This document shows positions 42,063-55,363 of a stretch of DNA of 64,000 bases, piece by piece; positions within the stretch are counted from its first letter, which is position 1; each line of letters starts with the position of its first letter. The DNA comes from Eledone cirrhosa (Eukaryota), in assembly GCA_964016885.1 (NCBI GenBank), contig OZ024747.1, positions 3,224,001 to 3,288,000 on the forward strand. The letters run 5' to 3'. The position numbers were made by a program, and so were the translations under genes. The notes under the pieces are model-generated. The model saw nothing but the letters and a program-made list of their open reading frames with translations. It was not told where the DNA came from and made no database searches.

Positions 42063-42189
42063 TTCATATATATATATACATATATATGTGTGTCTATAAA
42101 CCAATATAATATATATATTTATACATATTATAGTACAACATATATATATTATGTTATACTATACTATATTATATTATATATATATTCAA

Positions 42190-42382
42190 GGGCGGTGGAT
42201 TGGTAGTATCGGTGGAGGGTCGGACTTCATGCTTTCCAGCATAGTTACGTCCCTTTATGACCTGAGTTCAAATCTCGCCGAGGTTGACTTTGCCTTTCAT
42301 CCTTACGGGGTCGATAAAATAAAATAAAGTACCAGTAATGCACTGGGTATTTGCTGGCCTTGTGCCTAAAGTAGAAACAATT
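42190..42382 (+). mobile_element. Second tRNA-derived SINE family
   Basis: GAGTTCAAATCTCGCCGAGGTTGACTTTGCCTTTCATCCTTACGGGGTCGATAAAAT..GTACCAG. Copies at 13500-13830(-), 23300-23445, 23800-23900(-), 51345-51770 and 53070-53330. Confidence 0.72.
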
Positions 42383-42444
42383 ATATATAATACGTATAAA
42401 ATTATATAATATATATATTTATACATATTACAATACAATATAGT

Positions 42445-42496
<52 letters not shown>

Positions 42497-42602
42497 AAAC
42501 TATATAATATATATATATATTTATACATATTATAGTACAATATATTTAATTTGATGAATAAAATAACTAAACATCTTTCGCTGATTTGTTTTCATTTTTT
42601 TG

Positions 42603-42640
<38 letters not shown>

Positions 42641-44163
42641 CATACTCACATAGACACCTACAATGAACATACTTACACTCACACACATACATAAATATAT
42701 ATATTTAAGAGTGAAAGCAGCGATTCTTTGCTTAAACTTTAATCTGTTATTTTAATATAATAAAGTGTCTTGCTCAAAGAAACAACACATCACCTGGTCC
42801 GAGAATTGAACTCACAACCTTTCGATTGCAAGCCCAATGCTCTAACCACTAAGCCATGCATCTTCACTCTTGAGTTTAGAGTAGTATATATAATATGTAA
42901 TGTCCATTAACATACCAACCACTAGAGTTCTCTACTGAAATTGCTGTTTCATCACTACATTCACAAAGAACTTTATCTTTTCTCTGCTACTTTGCATTAC
43001 TAATTCCTCATTTCACTTCAGATATAATTTCTTTCTCTCAGACCTTCCAATGATGACTTCCTCTACTGAGATTCCTGTTCAATAGTAGCTCACTTCAATC
43101 AGTCTGTCAGCATTTCTAAATTTCCAACAGTCATTCATTTGGGAAATTTGGGATAATTTCCTTTGCCATTGATTTTCTGTACAATAGGTCATAACAACAG
43201 TATAATTTAGTCTACATATATTAACATCTCTGTAAGCAAAATAATGATCTTTCAATAGATTTCTTTAATCTTCAGCAAGTTCTTCACCTCAGCATTCATG
43301 AAGTGTTTCACATTTTTGCATGTCATGTCTTATCAATCATTTTGAATGTATTTTCTAAGTTCAATGGAATATTTACTGTTCTAATTGAATTTATATATAA
43401 GGATTATAGAAACATGGTAGAAATATATTCAAATGGATTTAGATTTATTCATCAATACTTATCAATACTTTTCCATCATTTTTTTTTAAAATAAATTATT
43501 CTGCGATGGACATGTCTGCTCATCTACATATAAACATGTTCTTTGCATGTTTTTTTCTTCAAGAAATTCTCTCTTATATTTTAAATACAATTCTAGATTT
43601 GATAGGCCAACATATGCTCAAACAAAATTGAATTTATTTATTTGATTAATTTTCAACATATTTACTACACATCTGATATTTTAATAATAAACATTATCTT
43701 GTTTTCTATATATACACAAAGTTCTTATTTTATTTGACTGTGTTATGCTGGCATATAATCAACAAATTCAAAACTTCTATTTTAAACTTCTTTCAGCCAT
43801 TGTAATCTCCTGTTATTTTGCTATAACTATATTCATCACAAACATTGATTAATTCTTAATAGAGGAACAGGTCTACTATTTCTAATATTGCCAACTACAA
43901 TCATAACAAAACCGTTTGACAAGTTTTTTGAGTAACTGAAGCATAAACAAACCACCAATCTGTTGTGGTCTAGTGCTTGGATTGTCAGTAATGTTGAAAT
44001 ACTACTTGAGACTGACAAATACTTTTGTTCCAGACCAGCTGTAGTCTTATTTTGGTTAAGCTGGTCATGAAAGAAGTAATGGCAAAATATTATCAACAAA
44101 TTTGAATTGTGCATCAAAATACTATTTTAAAAGCAGGATACTAAAAATGTTGTCATTCAATTC

Positions 44164-44361
44164 TATGACGGTTCATAGATGGAAAAGTTCATAGTCTGAC
44201 CAAGATATTCTTATAGAATGATGAAATGAGTTTTATTTTTCAACATAGTCCCTGAAAAGAAACAATGCAGTTATTAATAAGATATTAATGCAAGCAATAT
44301 TTCACAGCTCTAGCATCACTCCTTCATAATCAGTTTATGAACCTTTTAGCTGGCCCTCGTA
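44164..44361. mobile_element. Tc1/mariner-like non-autonomous remnant
   Basis: The terminus reads TACGAGGGCCAGCTAAAAGGTTCATAAACTGA on the - strand. A related copy lies at ~49660-49795. Confidence 0.45.
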
Positions 44362-45455
44362 CACACAAAAAAGACTTTAGTACTCTTGGCAAATGTCCAA
44401 ATTTATATTCAACAACACTGATAATGGAGTGTTTACTTTAAAAACTCTTAGTTTTAAAAACTTGTTTTTCAGTAGTTCTATATTTTATCTTCCAAAATAA
44501 ACCAGACCTTCCCTGTTTAGCTAGCAACAGAGAATAACCCTATGGATATCTACAATAAAGTCTTTGACATTTAAAATATATGCCTAAAATGACAGGATAA
44601 AGCTTAGGGAAATCTATTTAAAGATCAAAATCTATTAACTTAGGATTTCTTTCATCTTCATCATCATTTAACATCTATTTTCTATGGATTGTACAGGTTA
44701 TCATGATCTAAGCCAGATCTTTGGAGTTACTGCTTTTGTACATTGGCCAAAGAATCATGTCTTGCTCAAAACTTCAGTTTTAGCATGAAGTCTACAGTTG
44801 GATGTTCTTCCTAATCTCAACCTCTTTACATCGTGTACTGGGTATATTTTATTGTGGTACCAATACTAAAGGGGATATGTAGTTAAGACTAAAGAGATGC
44901 TCTCAACCCTGTGTTGTCTCTGTTCAATCATCAATTACCTTACAGTGTGCCATTTCTTACATGATTACAACTCCACTATTTTGTTTTCTCATCATTTTAC
45001 TAGAATCCAAATGACCAATTAAGAAATAAGAACTATGCTAAATATTTTCTTTAATCAACAAAGAACATTATTGTCAGTGGTATTAGGAATCTTATAAACT
45101 AATTTGTCTTGCTAATTTTCTCTATTAATCTATTGGTCATAGCAATTCACTGTCTCAAATACCAATATTAACATTCAAAAGCTTTCTAAATAAATGTCCT
45201 TGCTGATTGTATCCCCTTTACAATGAGTATGTCTTTATTAGTCACTGTAATTGATTATCAATATAAGAGCTGATATATTATAAAAAAATCTGGTTTTGAT
45301 CAAGCAATGTATCAGTATTTAGATACATTCATACTTGATCTCTTCTAATTACCTTCTCAAGAACTCTAAGAACTATTTCAAACTGTGTATATTACCAATA
45401 AGCAAAATGTCTAAAAAATAAATTGTGTTGCTAATTATTATCTTAAGATATGGAT

Positions 45456-45536
45456 GCTATGGTTGCAGTCATAGCTATATAGGCTATGGTTGCAGTCATA
45501 GCTATATAGGCTATGGTTGCAGTCATAGCTATATAG
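45456..45536. repeat. 27-bp tandem repeat x3
   Basis: Unit GCTATGGTTGCAGTCATAGCTATATAG. Confidence 0.9.
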
Positions 45537-46574
45537 TTAAGAATTTCACTTTACAACTGTTTGGTCTAGACAGATAGAAAAGTAAGCAATATATTTTAAA
45601 CATTGACTCAACAAGTGTCAAATAAATATATATATTAGGTCTGAACATAATGGAATCAAATTCCCATCCTCACTGTCTCTCTCTCTCTCTCTCTCTCTCA
45701 TTCTCACTGTCTCTCTCTCATTCTCACTATCTCTCTCTCATTCTCACTATCTCTCTCTCATTCTCACTATCTCTCTCTCATTCTCACTATCTCTCTCTCA
45801 TTCTCACTATCTCTCATTATTAAAAAAGCAAATGGAGGCTCATACATTGACTGCCCCATGTCCCCGACAGACAAAATGGGGAAGGTGTTTCCCAGAGGAT
45901 GGTGAGTGAGATGCATTGGAAGTGCCATTCCAGCTCACAAGGCTCATAACTACAAGTAGCCAACTCCATCATCATCATAAATAGAATGCTGCTAATACTT
46001 TTAATTCTGCTAGATAATAACATTCTAGTTTAATCATAATATGCATTTTTATTTGATATTTACAAAAATAGAAATGGTTCTTCAGAAAATCTTTTATATT
46101 TGTTTTTACTGGTTTCATTCATGCATTAGAAGCCATATAAGGGCATCGGCACTCAGATTCTATTTAAAATCTGAGCCAAATTAGAAATCAAGTGAAATTT
46201 AGAACTTGCCTCGGCATGCAACAGTATTAGTTTTTATAGAAAGAGGGAAAAGGAGGAATTATATAACCCTTTGTATGATTAACATAATTATACACTTAAA
46301 ATGTATACACTTACCTTAGGTCTGAGGGTCAAGTTATGGCCACCCCTCTATAGTGGAGTAGTGGTTCAAAATCTGACCTCTATCATTAGGCACATGGATA
46401 AATTTAAAGAAAAAAACCCATTACCTTATGATGTTCATATTTCATAAAGAGTTCCACACAAAAACATTAAGGGAGATAACTCACATTCAAAAACTAGGAA
46501 GGGAAGAAATTATATTTTCATACATCTATATTTTTATACATCTATATAACAATTTGATGAAGTAAATAAATTAT

Positions 46575-46600
46575 TAATTTCAAATTTTATTCTCTTTCAG
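46575..46600 (+). promoter_or_regulatory. Splice acceptor ahead of the protocadherin start codon (implies an upstream 5'UTR exon)
   Basis: TTTTATTCTCTTTCAG ends at 46600, 27 nt before the ATG. Confidence 0.7.
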
Positions 46601-46627
46601 ATGCATTCATGATTCTTTCCAAGAAAG

Positions 46628-49036
46628 ATGTCCATATGTGAAAACATGCTAACTGAAGTGTCTTTGTTGTTGCTTATTCTGGAAACATCTCTATGTGCAG
46701 ATCGTGTATACCGTATAAATGAAGAGTACAACCCAGGAACTTTTGTTGGTGATATTGCAGCAGACACAAAATTATTAGGGATTATATCTCCAAAGGATGA
46801 CAGCAATATTTGGTTCAGTCAGCTTCACCAAGGGAATACAAACAACTCACAGTTGTTCAATGTCACCAAAACAGGAAAATTATATACAGCTCAGAGACTA
46901 GATGCAGAAACTCTTTGTAAATACAATGTAGAGTGTTTCAAAATGGTAGATGTTGCAGTTCAGCAGAAAGCATATTTTATAAGGATACTGGAAGTCAAAA
47001 TTATTATTCAAGATATTAATGACAACACACCAGAATTTCAAAATAAACAAATTGAACTTGAATTTTATGAAACTGATGGCAGAGGAACAACGAAATCTAT
47101 ACCTAACGCCATTGACAAAGATATAGGAAGACAAAATTCTCAGATAACATATTTACTAAAGAACAATGATAATGATCTTTTTTCATTATCAGTATCCAAA
47201 TATATGGATGGTACTTCTAAACTTGGTATTGTTTTACAAAAGAGACTTGACAGAGAAATAAAAGATTCTTATCAACTTCAAGTTATTGCAAAAGATGGAG
47301 GGCATCCACCCAGAGAAGGTATACTCAATCTCCAAATATCAGTTCGAGATGAAAATGATAATTCCCCAGTCTTTTCTCAAACTATTTACAATGTATCAAT
47401 CAAAAATAGTTATCAAAGATCAAGACCTATAGTTACTTTAACTGCAACTGATAAGGATTTTGGTGAAAATGGTAAAGTAACATATCAATTCAGTTCCAAA
47501 ACACCAGAGAGTGCTAGAGCCTATTTTAAATTAAATGAATCAACAGGAGAAATCTGGCAACTGCAAAAGTTCCCATCCAGTTCAAAAAAATTATACAAAC
47601 TGCTTGTTAAAGCAATAGATGGTGGTAATCCATCTCTGAGCACAGTTGCTATTGTTTTAGTTAATATAAATAGTCAAGAGAACAATCCACCTGATATAGA
47701 TATGAATTTCATATCAAAATCAGAAGACAATTTGCCCAGCATTTCCGAAGGAGTAAAAGTTGGTAACTTTATTGCTTATGTAAAGGTCACGGATGATAAT
47801 GAAGTTTCTTGTTATATTAACCGCGACCACTTTCAACTTCAGGCTCTTGGACGGAAAAAGTATAAAGTTCTTATTAAAAAAACAGTTGACAGAGAGGTAG
47901 AAAATCACATAGATTTTACCATTACTTGTGAAGACAAAGGATCTCCTCCATTGAAAACTGAGAAAAGATTTTCAGTGCAAGTATCAGATATCAATGATGT
48001 ACAACCAAAATTTACTAAAGAATCTTTTGAATTTTTAACTTATGAAAATGAAAATAGAAATTTTCCTGTCGGTTTCATCAATGCGACTGATCCTGATCTT
48101 GGACCAGGTGGTCAATTATCTTATTTTCTTTTAAGCAGAGATGGAAGTGTCCTTCCCTTTAAAATCTCTCATTTAGGTTTCATATCAACTACCCAGTCTT
48201 TAGATCGTGAGCAACATGAAATTTACAAATTTAAAGTTTTAGTTAAAGATAATGGTAACCCACCTCTTAACAATACAGCAAATGTTGTTGTAGAAGTTAT
48301 GGATAAAAATGACAATGTTCCGTATTTTACATTTCCTAGTGTTAACCCTTTCAATCTAGATGTCCATTACCATCCTCAGAGTAAGAGTGAAATCACAACA
48401 TTAAGAGCTTCTGACAGAGATAGCCATGTAAATTCCTTCCTCAGGTATGAAATACTTGGTGGCAATGATAAACAGCTATTTAAAGTTAATCCTTACACAG
48501 GACGTTTGTCTTTCTCTCGTAGAGTTTACCAAAATGATGCTGGATCATATAATCTAAAATTAGCTGTCAAAGACAATGGTACACCAGTTTTATCAGCCAC
48601 AACTACATTGTCTTTGACACTAACTGTCAGTAATACAACAGCCAAAATGTACACATACAGATCTGATGACACAGAATCTGGCAACAGAATACATATTAAT
48701 TTGATGATTATTATAGTAGTAGCAGCAGTGATAGTTTCTGTTGCTATTGTAGTTTCTGTGATTATTTGTGTCGTTCATAAAAGAAATCAAAAAGAAAACC
48801 ATTATGGTGCTGCCCAAGACTATGTTGGTGAAAGACGACCATCAGGATACGTTTGTGAACAAGACTCTCCAAAGTATGATGTACCTGTTGCAATTTTATC
48901 AGATCCAAAGCAAATAAGAAATTCTAAAACAGCTCTTTTTCGAAGAGATCCTCACTCCATTTACAAACCTGGACAGAGTTGGAAAGGGTCATCATTAGGG
49001 GTACAGCTTCAATGCATTACTCCAGAATTACATCAA
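46628..49036 (+). CDS. Pcdh: Protocadherin, large coding exon (signal peptide, EC1-EC6, TM, proximal cytoplasmic region; 803 codons)
   Basis: ORF 46628 has a hydrophobic leader (SLLLLILETSLC), cadherin motifs LDAE/LDRE/VDRE and DINDNTP, DENDNSP, DINDVQP, DKNDNVP, AxDxD and xDxG, the protocadherin EC1 C-x5-C motif (CKYNVEC) and a TM helix (LMIIIVVAAVIVSVAIVVSVIICVV). There is an in-frame stop upstream (TGA 46610). Consensus donor CAA|GTAAGT at 49036/49037, phase 0. Confidence 0.96.
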
Positions 49037-49145
49037 GTAAGTAAAATAAATTTTGTTTGTATATTTATTGATTTTATATTTTTGTTTCGAGGTCAGCAAA
49101 TTTCAGGGAAATTGGCAAAGTTGATTAAATCAACCCAGTATTTAA

Positions 49146-49365
49146 CCCTTTAGCATTTACATTACTCTATATATACTATTGTATTTTCACAGTAAAGGCT
49201 TTATCTTAAATAATTATCTCATATAATATCAAATTTACAAGATTTTGATGTTTTTATTTTGAGAATAGCACCTTAATTTAGGTATCAGCAGCCAGTTACA
49301 GTTGGTTTTAACAGGAAGAGTTGAGAGAGTTCTGGTCGGATATGGCCGGTTTAAATGCTAAAGGG
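49146..49365. mobile_element. piggyBac-type MITE (TTAA TSD, CCC...GGG TIRs) nested in a SINE
   Basis: TTAA-CCCTTTAGCATTTA...TAAATGCTAAAGGG-TTAA. Other copies at 1-49 and 26756-26976. Confidence 0.8.
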
Positions 49366-50079
49366 TTAACTAGTATTTTACTTTATCAACCTTAGTATGG
49401 TTATCTAGCCATAGAAACCAAACCAGAGTCAGACAACTCATCTAACCCATGCTATCATGGAAAGATATGGACGTTAAATGATAATGATGGTATATACACT
49501 GAATCTATTGACTAAACCAGTTTATTCTGCTGGTAAAATATTGTTTACAGTTTCTTTTCTGGACAGTTATTTCAATACTCATTGAATTCTTTATCTAAAC
49601 TTAAATACTTTTCAGGGAGGTTTACACATAATATTTCTTAATACTATATATGTTACACTATATTTTTCAACAGAGTCCCTGGAAATAAACAATGCCGTTA
49701 TTAATAAGAAGAGTAGAAATTAATACAAGCAAGATTTCACAGTCCTAGCATCACTCCTTCATAGTTAGCCTAAGAACATTTCAGCCAACCTGCATATATT
49801 GCCAATAATGCAGTTAGTGAGAACATATTTATAATTAAAACCATCAGTACAGCCAGGGAAGTCTTCTGTTCTATTAAATACATTTACTAGTATTTCTATT
49901 ATTGGGCAAAAGATTTCTGAAGAAAAGTACAATATTTTGTTGTTGCTAGCATTATTAAAGCTACAGATATCATGGGTGGCCTAGCAACATAGTCTGAATG
50001 GGATTTATGATCTTTCCTAAGGTTATACAATGGGGGAATTCAATTATTACTTTCTTAGAATTTATTTACAGTCTGTTTC

Positions 50080-51330
50080 TTGCATATGACCATTTAGGAC
50101 TTTCTCATTCTTTTCATAATCGAATGAAACCACTTTGCTAGTATCTTTAAAGTGTGGTTACATGGTGTTAATGTAATTTGACAAGCTGTCTACATACATC
50201 CTACAAGACTTATTGGGAGGAAAACTTATCATTCCATTTAATTAGTTTAGTCAGTCCCCTTTTAATACTGATGTTGAGCTTATGGTCCTTTCTCATTTTT
50301 TACTTATTTAATGTATTCTGAAATTATATTACTAAACTTAGATTTAGCTATAGCAAATTCTACCTTCATGATAGCATCAGCCAAAGGTAGTAAGCTGGCC
50401 CTTTTCTTAAATGGCAAGCTATTGGAACAAATACTTTTCAGGATTTATGTAGTTTGTCATAAAAAGAGTGAAGATGAATTTAATAACAATTATTTTTAGA
50501 ACTATCATTGATAGTGTACTTCTAATCATAATATAATTTCCATTACGTCCTAGTAAAACATTTTTCTGTATCTAACAAGATAGATATTATTGACCGTATT
50601 ATATATAGAAAGAATTCAGAGAAGTTTTATAAGTGTAATGTTATCTGTATCTAGTTACACTTTATTGTATACTCTACCATATTCTTTGAACTCCTTTTTT
50701 ATGGGTTTAGCCTTCACAGAAATTACATCTATTATATCTCCCATTAGAAGTTGTTCTATGGTGTGGTATCATAAATATGGCTTCATCCAGGTTAGCGTTT
50801 TCAAAAGTGTTGATAATGTTTTCAAGAAACTAAAGAAAGGTGTCAGTTTAATCTTCACTATAGACTCAACTGATAGCTAGATCTATTCTACACTTGATAG
50901 CAGTAGTTTGACTCAAGCCTACAAGACTGCAATGGATGGATACTGACATGCAGGATGGATTTCTTGTTTTGCATTCATCTCAGACAAGTTTAGTTCTTGG
51001 TACTTCTGTGTGTAGAGGAGGGCGAGGAGATGTTTCGCTTCCCATATTTTAAATGCAAAAGATGTAGTTGTTCTGAGCTGTTTGGCAGCTTCCACTTCAG
51101 ATTTCTTTCTCTGTACAATTCAGTTTGTTTTTCCATTCAATCTGATATCCCTCTTTTAACATCTTCTCTTTTAAATTTCAGAGTAATTTTTCTTTCATTT
51201 TCTCTGCTGTGGAGCTATCATCCGTTCTCATTGCTATTTAAAATATCACTATATATAGCTTTTTTGAACTTGTGTTAATCTTTTATACTCTTCATAACTC
51301 AGATCATGTATTTCCTTACAAATAAGCTTT
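50080..51330 (-). mobile_element. Highly decayed LINE 5' region (endonuclease-like)
   Basis: The - strand GDIIDVISVKAKP resembles the APE N-terminal PDII..TEVKPK motif. Very degraded. Confidence 0.35.
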
Positions 51331-53444
51331 CATTTTTTGCTTGTCTGAAGGCAGTAGGTTGTTAGTATCAGTAAAATGTCAGACAACATTTTTGTGGCAT
51401 ATAGCTATGGCCCTTTACATTCTGAGTTCAAATCCCACTGAGGTTTGCTTTGCCTTTCATCCTTGATAAAATAAAGTACCAGTAATGCACTAGAGGCAAT
51501 ATAATTGACTTTCCCCTTTGTGCTAAATTATTGGCCTTGTATCTAAATCAGAAACCATTATTTGCTTGTCTGAGGGCAGTGGATTGTCAGTATTGGCAGA
51601 GCGTTAGACACCATACTTTGTGGTATATAGTTGCAGTCTGAGTTTAAAACCCATCAAGGTTAGCTTTGCCTTTCATCCTTTTGGGATCGATAACATAAAG
51701 TACCAGTCACACACTGGGGTCAATTTAATCAACTTTCCTCTTACCCACAAATTGTTGGCCTTGTGCTATTGTTTACTTGTCTGAAAGTTGTTTTAAATTA
51801 TGCAATCCAGCATCTTTTCATCTATTTTACAAAATTGAACTACATCATCACATACATCACAGTTACTGGAATAATCTATTATTGTGATAAAGGGGCTGAA
51901 ATGTCTGTAATGGAGGTGCTGATATAAATATCTCATATTTGTCTTTACATTTCAAGTCCAGATTATGCCGGGGTCATCGTTATGGAGATCTGGTTGTGTG
52001 AATGAAATAACTGTCAATATCTAGATTAATTAACTCACCTGAACCTCTCCAAATGTGAGGCATTGTTCCAATGTAGGAAATGGTGTTTTATTATCATTTA
52101 GAAGGTTGTAAAAACAGTACAGCCAAGGATTAAATCTTTTTGAACCTAACATCCTGGTACTTTATATCACCAATCTCTGAGGGGAGAAAAGACAAAATTG
52201 ACTTTGGCAAGATATATAATCAGAGTACAGAATCAGTCAGGAACAATAATAGAAGCCATTTTGTCTAACATTCTAACAACTCTGTAAATTTGCTGCCATA
52301 TTTTTTGTATTTTTTGGAAGTTTTGAGCCATTGTTGGCGTCCATGTTGAATTATTTTTTCTTTCTTGTTTTTCTTGAGTAAGCTATAGAATTTCTCTTTC
52401 ATATCTCCTTTAGTTTTATTCCTCTCATCTGTTATTACATCTTTAACATATACATTTATTTTTCCAATGTATTATTTGAATATTTTGTATTTAGTAATTT
52501 CTTAAAATTTATAAAAATATTTTTCCCTTCTTTCTTTAATAAACTGATTTAATATCCTTCTTTAATATGCTGATCACATTAACCTTATTTCTACATTATG
52601 ACAATCTTGTCTTTATAAAACATCTTTCTACATTCATGCTTGGCATATATATTTTACAATAGGATGATGAATTCACTTAGTTTCCAATTTATCACATTGA
52701 AGTTGTAGCTTTATAACTGCTAACAGAAATAACTAGTAGTATATTCGTGGACAGATTTTACAGGGCAAAACCAACCAGCAAGAGACCCAGGGGTAGACCC
52801 CCAAGCAAAATATTTGGATAACACTATGAGCTGGGCTGGTCTCGCCAAGGGATTCCAGCTGGATGGTTGCTTCTGACAGGATCTGATGGAAGCGGTGTTT
52901 GAGGACTCTGCCCCCACGACCCTCTCAGAAATAAATGGGAGGAGAAGAAATAGTATATTTCTTATTTTTAGATATAATTCTTTAATATTTCTCTAAATTT
53001 TCTGATTCATTCATTCCTAATTTACCTCTATCTAATCCTAAATAAAATTAGCATCGTTGTTATTAGGACAGTGTTCAAATCTTGCCAAGGATAGTTTGGG
53101 GATTGATAAAATAAAGTACCAGTAACCTACAGGGGTAGATTTAATTGACTTTCCTCTCCCTCAAAATTGTTGGGCTTGTGCCTAAATCAGAAAGACAACA
53201 TGCTTCGCAGGATAGAGTTACGACCCTTTACATTCTGAGTTAAAAGCCTGCTGAGGTTAGCTCTGCCTTTCATCCTTCTGGGGTCAATAAAATAAAGTAC
53301 CAGTAATACACTGGGGTCGATTTAATTAAAGGGCAGAATTTGTCGGGAGAGAATCAGGTAAAATACCTTGAAATATTTGACAGTTTATTTTTTTAGTTCA
53401 GATTCTGCCATGTTGACTTTACCTTCTGATAGAGTTGATAAAAT

Positions 53445-53735
53445 AAGAGAGGAATAGAAAGAAAGAAAGGGGAAATGAAAGAGAGGGATAAAGGGAGGAA
53501 AGACAGAGGAAATGAGAGAGAGGGATAAAGGGAGGAAAGACAGAGAAAATGAGAGAGAGGGATAGAGGGAAAGTCAGAGGAAATGAGAGAGAGAGGGATA
53601 GAGGAAAAGACAGAGAAAATGAGAGAGGGAGAGATTGATGGAAAGAAATAGAAAATGAGAGAGAGAGATAGAAGAAAAGACAGAGGAAGTGTGAGAGAGT
53701 GAAAGAGGAAGTAAAGGGACATAAAGGAAGAGAAA
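53445..53735. repeat. Polypurine minisatellite in a protocadherin intron
   Basis: Repeating GAGAGGGATA(A/G)AGG..AAAGACAGAG(G/A)AAATG units. Confidence 0.8.
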
Positions 53736-54605
53736 ATAAAATAAATAACAAATATATAAAGATAAGAAGGGAGGCAACACAAGTGCATCTTTGTATCACA
53801 ATGGAACATTGGTAGAAAACGATAAATATTTGAGAGGCTATTTTTATAGGAAAGAGTTTAAAAGTAAAGAAGAAAATAATTAAAAGTAATGAAGAAGAAG
53901 CCGGATAAACGATGTATTTGTGAGAGAGAAATACAAAGGTGCAAGAAAGAAATTGTGTATTTATAAGGAAGGAGTATGGAGAACATGAAAGAAACTATTT
54001 ATATATATTGTTGTTTTTTTTACTAAATCCATACAAATTCTTGATTATTTTCAAAATTATTTGGAAATCATAGGTAGTGTCTTTTACTAGAAATATTTTA
54101 ATGAAATAAAATAACATTACAAATGTGTAAATAACATTATGAATTGCTCGCAATTCGTTCAGAAGAACCTTACGAATATAATGTTGATGATAAATACAAA
54201 CGCATAAAAGAAAAAAAAATAATAAAAAAGGTGGGAGAGCAAAAGCAAAGATTCTATATTAGAGAGGAGTATAACATCAAGGAAGATAATGTAAGGTTAG
54301 TTGTCAGTGAATAGAGAGGGAAGAAAGAGAGGAAGGAAAGAAACATTGAAAATAAGGGTAAAAGGTGAAAAGTCCATGAATGGAGAGTGAAATAAAGAGA
54401 TGAAATGGGTGGGAAAGAATAAATAGATGTTTCCTGAGTGTAGAAATAGAAACAATCCTAGTGAAAAAAGGAAGTCCCGATAATAGAACAGAAAGGAGAA
54501 ATGAGATTGAATTTGAAAAGAGATGGTAAATTTGAAAGAAGCATACAATTACAGTACAGACAATCAGTGCTTAAATATATACAATATGTATATATATATA
54601 TATAT

Positions 54606-54653
<48 letters not shown>

Positions 54654-54675
54654 ATATATATATATATATATATAT

Positions 54676-54716
<41 letters not shown>

Positions 54717-55313
54717 TAAGATGAAATAAAGTGAAAATTTCACAAGATTCTGCAAACAAATTTAACTTCTTTTGCCAATATTGAGAGAAAAACAAGAGGA
54801 AAGGAGACAGTTTACAGATAGTTTTCTATCTTAGAAAAATATCTTTGAATATCATTTAGCTACAAGAAGAACTTTGACCCTAAACTTGAATTAAGAGGGG
54901 GGGGGGGGATACTATATATATATATATAAGAACTTCAATTTGAGATCAGTTCTCACAACTTTAGCCCAGGTTTTCTTTGGTCTCACACATCTGAGGCCTC
55001 TTCTCACTGGGATTTCTTAGCACTTTTTCACCCAAAAATCACCATGCATATGCTATTACATAGCTATACCAGTGTAGTCTTCTTGCCTGCACACTGCACC
55101 TGATTTCTCTTATACCCAGCTTCTATCTATATATACATATATATGCATATATATTGGAAAATGTGTGAGATCCTTGGTAGAGTTAGGTATATTTGACTTC
55201 CCACCGAAGTTAACAAAGAACTTACTAGATCTACCAACTCATAATATTATAAAATTAAATCAAATTATTTAACACTACAAGTAAAGTCATTCTTTTCCGT
55301 TTTTTTCATATAT

Positions 55314-55363
<50 letters not shown>

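Noticed and set aside
42900-44110. Possible decayed transposase
   Set aside because: No recognisable motif could be read with confidence.
46628-49153. 841-aa ORF as the complete single-exon protein
   Set aside because: There is a strong donor at 49037, repeat-derived sequence follows, and a phase-matched exon lies at 57526.
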